Shown here: positions 53,701 through 64,000 of the stretch, piece by piece
Position numbering within the stretch: the first letter of the stretch is position 1
Layout of the letters: the number at the start of each line of letters is the position of its first letter
From: the human T2T-CHM13v2.0 reference genome, Homo sapiens
NCBI RefSeq assembly: GCF_009914755.1
Contig: NC_060925.1
Length of the DNA stretch: 64,000 bases
Reading direction: 5' to 3' (one strand)
Translations under genes and position numbers: made by a program
Notes under the pieces: model-generated
Databases searched by the model: none
Seen by the model: only the letters and a program-made list of their open reading frames with translations
Told to the model about the DNA's origin: nothing

Positions 53701-56700
53701 GTGAGTCAAGCATTGTATCTCATTCCTTTTGTTTCATCATGGCCCTGATCTTGCCTGTCTTGATTGCCATTTTAAGTTCCTAGCACTTAGCACATAAACA
53801 TGTCTTAATAAATATTTTTTAAGGAATAAATGCACAAGACTTTATGATTCTGAATTGTCAAACACCAATTCCATGTCGACTCATGTTACAAGGAAAGAAT
53901 AACGTTCATGTTTCTGCCAACCATATACCCAGTGTCCCATACTCACCACTTCTAGCCAACTAGAGAAAAATCTGCCTCAGTCTGGTTAATTGTGATAGAT
54001 AATGAGAATTTGTTTATGTTAGTAACTTGTCACCTAGAAATCTTAAGTTTTGATGATTTTAGCAAACAAATTACTCTTGAGTGGTCTAGGGAAGCTGGTT
54101 ACTTGACTAAATTTTAATAAGCCACTGATAAAAACACATACCAGAATAAGGCAAATTTCAAAAGGGGGGAAATGATGTGATTACAAATAACTCTTTTATG
54201 ATTGTGATAAGAAGGTTGGGATAACTGATCTGCAAAGCATATGTGAGTATCTTTAAAATGGTTATTCAAGAACATTTGTAAACTATGCATACAAATAAAA
54301 ACCAATTACAACCTCCATCCAAATGATGTGTAAAACTCCATCATTAAAATTTAATTTACTTTAACCATTATTTTTAGATCCATCTTAACATTTTGGACAG
54401 AATAAGGAAAGGAAGTTTATGTTTTAAAACTATATAAAATATCTACCTTATTTTTTCTTATATAGAATACACCATTGCCTTAATTAATGCAGAGCAATGG
54501 GTGGTTTCGAGTTCCAGAAATATTGTAACAGTTTCTGGTAAATGTGCATCTGACTTATCCAGGAGGTAACTGAATTGGAAGCACATAATACTGATTTAAT
54601 TATATATTAACTTAGATTTGTTTCTTATCAGCAGATGCTATATTTTTATTTAATTATCTATAACATTGATATGCAATATTTTAAGAAATAGATCCAAGTT
54701 ACAGCACTCATTAAGTTGATCTGTGGCCCTTCTCACCTACTTCTTCCTCGCCTTGGAACAAATCATTCTGATTGGTATTCTTCCTAAATTAAATCACTTT
54801 AGTCATTATATATCACAAGTATTTTTTTAGTTTCTGCTATTTGCACTCTCTGTTTATCTCTTCTCATGCATAGGAAAGTATAAATATATACAACATTTTT
54901 CTGAATGCTGTATTCCAGTGATTTATCATCTGTAACATAGCTGTAGTTGAAAAGTAATAATGGAAACTAAACAGAGAATTATAAATCTCCTGTAAAGATG
55001 GACACACCTTAAATCACAAGACATTCCTGAATACAACAGATATTTAAAACAGGTAAATTATCCAGTAATAATTTAATATTCACTGGTAAACAAAAGCTTT
55101 TTACAATTACTTTAACACATAGAATTTGTCATATTTATTAGAACACTCTGGGGAAATATTGAGTAAAGCCATTTTCTCTTCTATTCAAAAGTCAGGAAAA
55201 TTAAAGAAATGAACACTTGATCTTTAGACATGCTTTATCTTTAGCCTTCATCTTCAACATTAATAACATATTTTTACTATACATAAAAAAGAGAGGTGGT
55301 ATATATTAATAACTTGATTTTTTTTCAACAAGCTTTATATCATTGGATATTTATTTTGTTAGCTTGTGAAGCAAGAATGTTTATTAGTTGGTTCACATTA
55401 TTTTAAATATTCTTGCTTCCTGAATACAGTGGTATATAACTGGGACCCTAATAAACCTTTTGTGTTGAAAACTGTGTAGTGTAAAACTAAGACCAATACT
55501 GTGAAGTCTCCAGGCTTCCGGTATTCCCAAGAACTTGAGAGGGTTTCTGGTTTTCTTGTTAGCATCACCCCTATAATTGGCTCTGTATTCTGCCTCTCTT
55601 ACCTTTGCACACACACATATACACACACTCTCACACTCACATATCCCCCTTGCCCAGAAAAATATCCAGAACCCAGTATTCTGCATTCACAGCAGCATAA
55701 GGGACACTTTAATGGTGAAGAGATACAAAAGGGAAAGAAGGACTTTCCCAAAGCAGGAGGGATTTACCTAGTGGGTCCAATCTCTAATGATAGGAAAGCA
55801 AGTTAGCGGATTGTCATAGGAACCTAAGTAATAAATTGACATATCTTAGTGATTCATTGCATGTGGGGCTCTCTTGCCCTCTCTATCTATCTCAAATGTT
55901 TATCTTTTTGATTATTTGCTCCTGCCTCATCTCTAATAACTTGAACTATTCTGTATATATTTCTTTCAATTAATTGCAGTACTATGCTTTGAGTATTCAA
56001 TATTTTCCACAGATGTTTCTCCTTAGTTTGGTATTCACTTATGCATTCATCATTTAATTAATTAATTTACTCATTTTCATTGTAACTGAGTGCACATAAT
56101 ATGGTTTCTAAGACACTTGGAAGATAAAAATTACAACATTTGGTCTCTGCCTTGAAAAGAATAGATCTAGTCTCATAGGTGATAAAATTAAGCAAAAAAT
56201 AAGGCACTTGGTAAACACAAGTTTGCTCCCCAAATACATCTGGGTTCCTGCTTTTCCATGTGTTCTCTGAAAGCAAGGTTTACATGTCTGTTGTTGTTGG
56301 TGGTGGTGGTGGTGGTGGGTTTTTTTGGGGGGTGGGGATGGGTTTGGTCAGCCTAAATGGTAGCATCATACCTGGTTTATGTAAGAAACTAAATAAACTT
56401 TTTGCTAAATTCTACATAATTTAATATTATATTCTGACTAAACTAATTTTTAAGTCCTCTTCCCAAATATTCTGTGGCTTACTAGTGAAGTTACATGCCA
56501 CTTATCTTTATTAACTGCTCCTATTTCCTGGGCCACTTTAATCAATATTAACACTTTAATCAATATAAGCATAATAACAAAGAAAAAGATGCCCATTGGA
56601 CGTTTTTCTATTAAAATATATGATGCTATTATTTTGTATTTTCCAAATAAAACCATGATTATTATAATTACTTATGGAATTATTTACATGTTTCTTTACT

Positions 56701-56848
56701 ATTTAATCTTAGGGTTGTGTGGTTTCTTTTAAATATTAAATTGATATTGATTCTCAGGAACCAGTGCAAGAGCTTATTAAGTGGGTATTTGGCCACTTGC
56801 CCAGTGGCTTCACATTAGTTTGTACTTGGTGAGTAAAAATAGAAAGTA

Positions 56849-57165
56849 GGCAGGGCGCTGTGGCTCACGCCTGTAATCCCAGCACTTTGGGAAGTCAGGG
56901 CGGGTGGATCACCTGAAGTCAGGAGTTCGAGACCAGCCTGGCCAACATAGTGAAACCCCATCTCCACTAAAAATACAAAAATTAACCTGGTGTGGTGGTG
57001 TGTGCCTGTAATCCTAGCTACCCAGGAGGCTGAGGCAGGAGAATGGCTGGAACTCGGGAGGCAGAGGCTGCAGTGAGCCAAGATCGTGCCACTGCACTCC
57101 AGCCTGGGTGACAGAGCAAGACTCCATCTCAAGAAAAAAAAAAAAAAAAAAAGAAAGAAAGACAA
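56849..57165 (+). mobile_element. AluSx/Sz-like
   Basis: Full dimer. TSD-like aaaatagaaagta / aaaatagagggta. Confidence 0.95.
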
Positions 57166-57449
57166 CGGAAAATAGAGGGTAGTTTATAGTGGTCGATAGT
57201 TGATTTACATACTGTTTATTTCTGTCCCTTTTCCTTAATAGTTAACATATGGACACAAATTAACATATCAACGTTCTTTGATTGACAAAAGGCACACTGG
57301 ATAACACACTTTGATAAGGAACAACTTTTGTACTTATTATATCTGAGATACTGTAGTGAGCACTGCAGAGACTTTTTAAAACAATCTCTGCATATGTTTT
57401 GCATGTTAATATTATACAGAGACAACCTTAAATATATCTTCTGAGGTCT

Positions 57450-58865
<1,416 letters not shown>

Positions 58866-59688
58866 TGTGTGTATAATGCAAGAGAGAGAGCATTTTAGAA
58901 AGATAGAGCAAAGGACACAGAATGCACAAAAGAGCACAGTATTACAGGACACAGTAGGGAAAGTTATTGTTCATAACTGGGAATCAATGACAGTACAATT
59001 TGACTGCACATAGCATGACTTTTGAGAAGTAATGAGAGACACAAAAATGGTGGTGGTATGAAGCAATGTCTCTCATACTAGCATCTGTAGCCCTCATTCC
59101 CCAGAGCTTGCCCTACTTTTCCCTCCACCTGTAGGCCTCATTGCTACGCTTGTTCACAGATCAAGCCTAACTTACTGCAGGAGGTACTTAAGACTTGCAA
59201 TCTTAGCATCTAACTTGTATTGTTTCATTCCTATGTTATAAATTGTTGAGCCTGCCTCCTTGACCGTTATCTTGAGTCTCAGTTCATATGTATGGGCTCC
59301 TGCTTTTATTTTAATCACATCCTTTTCTGGAGTTTTTTTCTTCTAAATTGTCTTACCTGTAGGCATGCTGGATGCTCAAATCAGACTTCTAAGGATAGAA
59401 TAACTACAGTGGAGAATCTAGGAAGAAAGCCAGTTAATGTTTATTGAATTTGGTCTCTGCAGCAGACACTGTTAGGCATTAAACATGTGTAAGATTCCTC
59501 AATTTAGCCTGAAAAACAGGAAAGTTAGTCCATCTCCTTGAGTAAGGTTGGTCAGGGTCGGAATACCAAATTGGCAGGCTGAATAAACAAAAACACTACT
59601 GTCCTTGCAAAGATTATGGCAAAATTGGAGCTAGACGAGACTGTGTTATGAGGATTGAATTAAAATTGGGAAATGTGTGGACTAGCAC

Positions 59689-59726
59689 TGTGTGTGTGTG
59701 TGTGTCTGTGTGTGTGATGTGTGTGT
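59689..59726. repeat. Interrupted (TG)n microsatellite
   Basis: Directly visible. Confidence 0.9.
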
Positions 59727-60411
59727 ATATCTGAAGTTTACTAAACTTTGAACTCCACAAACACTTTTAGGTTCATATTCATATCCCTAGTGCTCAGCTA
59801 GTCTTGGCTTTTGAAAAATGTTTATGAAACTGAAAAAGAACTGAATTATTTGGTATATGGGTGCTGGCTTAGAGAAAATGAGAAGGGGGTCTACATAGGA
59901 CACCCAGACACTAAACTCTAAATCTAAATTGTTAGAAGAATTGGCCCTTTCCATATCATTAGAATTATTTCTTTCTGCCTTGGAAAGTCAGCAAGACCAC
60001 GGTTTTGGTTTGCAGGGCTGTCATTCCTCCCAGAAAGCAGGTAGGGAGTTACTTCATAAAAGATCAGAGTTCTTGCCTTTTTCTTGTCATTCTCCTTCAA
60101 AACTAACTTAATCTGGAAGACTGGGATCTGCTTTTTATGGAAGGAGCCAAATCTATGTAGAGCAGGAATTTGACAAATTACTTTCTGACTTCTTGCTGTC
60201 TTGATGTGCCTAGGAATAGAGGTCCCTTTATCTATCAGTTGGGTTCCTCTATTCCACTGTTGAGTTGGACTGAGATCAGAGATTACAATAATTAACAGAC
60301 ACACAGAGAGGCCTGAGCTTTTTACTTACGCTCCAAAACTTGAAACACTAAAGTGAGTTTTAGACGGAAAGTGTGAGACTTAAGGAAAAGGAGCAACCAT
60401 ACTATGGGAGA

Positions 60412-60778
60412 TGTGGCAGAAATGGCAAACTGATTACCATTTCTCTTCTGCAGAACACACAGCTAGACTCCAATTCTCAGTCTCCCTTGCAGTTAGGTAT
60501 ACCCATGTGACTCAGACTAGCTGACAGAATGTGAATAGTGATTTCTGGTAAAGCCCCTTCCAGCTTGATTTTATCTGACACAGTGATCTTGGAAAGTGGG
60601 GTTGAAGATGGCAGAGTCACAAATGGAAAGTGACTGGACTCCTGGGTTGTGATTTGGAGAAGAGATGCCTAATGATCACAATCCCTGCTTGAGATATTTG
60701 TAAGTGACATATAAGCTTGTATGTAAGCCTCTGAAATTTCAGGGTATATCTCTTTTATCAGCTCCCATATCCTTAACA
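60412..60778 (+). mobile_element. MLT1J-type MaLR LTR
   Basis: tgtggcaga...acacagctagact...ctcccttgcagttagg...ccatgtgact...gttgaagatggcagagtcaca motifs. Confidence 0.75.
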
Positions 60779-61389
60779 AATAAAGGAGGTATTCTTGGGT
60801 TAGGAAAGCTAAATACATAAATTCTTTCCTCAATGAGTTTTTAATATATTCTGGGAGGATAATTATGATTATCTTGCTAATTAACTAACAGCTAAGTGGT
60901 ATAAATATGTACAAAATTAGCCCCATATGAGTTCTGTTTAAAAATATTACCGTATGTTTAGCAATTTCTTGAGAAGATTAGATATTAACTAAGCTTTTAA
61001 AAAATGGTAGAGTTTTATAATAAAAAAGGAATAAAGAAAGAACATTTTATGACAAAGGTACATAATAAGAAGAGATGTGTGTTCAAAAGATCATCAATAG
61101 ACTGGGCTGGGTGTATTGTATGTATATGTATTTATATACATAACAATCTCTAATGTCTTCAAAACACTATAAGCTCTGGTCTTGTAGTATTTTTAAGATA
61201 TTAGAGATTATGATGTATATAAAGATATATTGAGAACAGAGTTCAGAGATGGCTGAATACAAAATAGGTAATTTATAATTTGTAATTTATCCTATATGCA
61301 TTAATGAACCATTTTGACATATGATTGAAATTGTGAAGGCAACATTCTAGAAAAGAGGCATAGAAAAACACGTCTATTAATATCAATTA

Positions 61390-61779
<390 letters not shown>

Positions 61780-62289
61780 TTAAGAATGAAAATTTTAAAA
61801 AAGAATAAAAACTTAGGACACTTTCTCTTTGGGCTATGATGGGACAATTTGTATGAGACTAGCCATCTCACCACCAACCCCTTTAGTGATACATATTCTT
61901 GTATCTAAACAGATCTAAACAGTAGTTTTAAAATTAATACAATTTTTAGAATGATATAACTAGGGGAAATACGGGAAGCTACAGTTTTAGGTGTTAGACG
62001 ACAGAAAGAACAAGACAGAGCTCCCATGAGAAGGAAAACTCATGTCCCAGGATGTCATGGCTTCTTGCCTGGAAATAGTTCATCAACTATGACATAGCAA
62101 GCTAATGTCCAAGCAGAGTACAGTGGTTGGACAGGTACCACTGTCCAGTGATTGCCCCTGAACTTAGGGGGTGCATTATTTGTAGAGAATATGATAGCCA
62201 ACGGATCAGAGGCAGAAATGCAAGAACAGACTTGTTGATGTGGATGGAATGTGTGAAATAAGAAAAAAGAGGAAAGGGAGCTGTGTAGA

Positions 62290-63110
62290 GAAAGTAAGTC
62301 TATATGGAAATTATTTGAAAAATACCATTCACCAGCATTCACTCAAGAAATTTTAAAAATCTGAATATCTATCTATAAGGAAATAAAATTCATTATCCCA
62401 ACTTTCCCACAGAATAACTCCAGGCCTAGATGGTTTAACTGGCGAATTCTATCAACATATAAAAAGGAAATAGTACCAGACTTATGACAATTTTTTCAGA
62501 AGCTAGGGAAAGAGGAATAGTTTCCCAGCTAATTTAGGAAGGAGCAGAATCATGATAACAAAATATGAGGGGCATTATAAGAAAAGCAAATTGAAAGCTA
62601 ATGTCCTTCAAGAACATAGCTTTTGCCACAATCCTCAATCAATTATTAGGGAAATAAATCCAGCCACATAAAAAAAGGTAGTGGATAATAACCAACTAGG
62701 CTTTATCCAGGAATGCCAGATTGGTTCAACATTTGAAACAACACAATTCACCACAGTAACAGAATAAAGAAAAAATTATATAAATCAAAGAGGAGAATAA
62801 TATTGTTCAATAAAGTTCATAAATAGAACTACATGTATATGGTCAACTGATTTTTAACAAAAGTTCCAATGTGTTCAATACTAAAATCTTGTATTTTTCA
62901 ACAATGATGCTGGAACAACTGAATTTTCATATGGAAGAAAATGAACTCTGACTCTTATCTTACAAATATGAGAAATTAATTTGAAATGAATCAGACTTAA
63001 CTTTAAAAGCAAACACTATAAGGCTTCTAGAAGAAAATATAGGAGAAAAATCTTCGTTTTAGGGTTAGAGAACTATTTCTTAGACGTAAAAATTAAAATT
63101 AAAAGCAGCA
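62290..63110 (+). mobile_element. Old L1M ORF2 fragments
   Basis: ctccaggcctagatggtttaactggcgaattctatcaa, ccaggaatgcc...ggttcaacattt, tatatggtcaactgattttt, ctagaagaaaatataggagaaa. Confidence 0.8.
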
Positions 63111-63139
63111 CTAATTATCAGTGATACATCAAATGTCAA

Positions 63140-63920
63140 AGGTAGGGTTCTGGAAATGATTACCCCTGAACCAAGGGGTACGTTATTTGTAGAGAATTTG
63201 AAAACAATAATAAAACTGGCTAAATTTAGTCTACTTTTTATTATCACCATATAGTCAAGATTCTAATAAATATCTGTGATGAAATACTCCTCCTGGAAAA
63301 TAAAATTTTATGGTCAAACAATCACTATGATTACTTTGAGTTTTAATAATAGACATGTAAGCCTTATATTAGCAATTCTCATTATGCATTCTTTAAAGAA
63401 CATTGTATTCTATGTGGAAATTAATTCATGCAACTCCCAGTTATCCAGTCAGCCCCCAACATGCTCAGTGTGCCACACATGCTCATTTCAGGAGCAAGTT
63501 TGTTTTGCTTCAGAATTGTTGAAGCTTGCATTGGGCTAAGATCATACCACGAACCCCTTTAGTGATACGTATTCTTATGTCTAAACACTAGTTCTGAAAT
63601 TAAAAAAAAAATAATAAAGTGTATATAAGACCACAAATAACCTGAGCTAAATTCGATTTTGTCATTCCATGTGAACATTTTGGATTTTATTTGTGATTAA
63701 AATTTAAAACAGTGAAACAGATTGTGAATTGTGAAGTGTAATATTTTTGCTTTCAATTGAAAATTTTAGTTTATAAAAGAGATATATTCTGAACTTGAAT
63801 ATCTTTAAAATTAAAATTTTATTATTTTAGTTGCTAATTATTTGTACTAAAACTAATGAATCAAGAGAACGATGACTATGATTATTAATCACTATGACAG
63901 GACAATATGTTGATGTAAGT
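63140..63920 (+). mobile_element. MER63 (hAT-Blackjack) DNA transposon
   Basis: tttgtagagaatttgaaaacaataataaaact...tttttattatcacc...aacattgtattcta...aaaatttaaaacagtgaaacaga motifs. Confidence 0.8.
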
Positions 63921-64000
63921 TATTTACCTTTTTTTTTTTAAAAAAAAGACTTTCCTACTTTAAGTGGTTAAAAGTATTGAGGTATTACTTTTTCCTTTTC

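Overview
This is primate (very likely human or great ape) nuclear DNA: AT-rich, dense in repeats, with no protein-coding gene I can support. About 15 Alu SINEs fix it as primate. The largest structures are: (1) a two-LTR HERV9/LTR12 provirus (11824-18758) with decayed gag/pro/RT/RNaseH/env-TM, an AluY inserted in the Gag zinc knuckle, loss of the 5' U5/PBS, and no integrase or SU; (2) an old, near full-length minus-strand L1M (~22.7-31.0 kb) carrying a nested L1PA with a twin-priming 5' inversion; (3) a MER74-type LTR with ~3 kb of internal sequence holding an env-like remnant and two CTCF-like motifs; (4) several MaLR/MLT/MST/MLT2 LTRs plus MIR, L2, L3 and DNA transposon fossils (MER20, MER5, MER63). 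A few minus-strand promoter and splice signals hint at a non-coding or 5'UTR transcript. Repeat family names come from my recognition of consensus motifs, not from a database search. I do not see a clearly new biological system; the findings are structural oddities and testable regulatory hypotheses.
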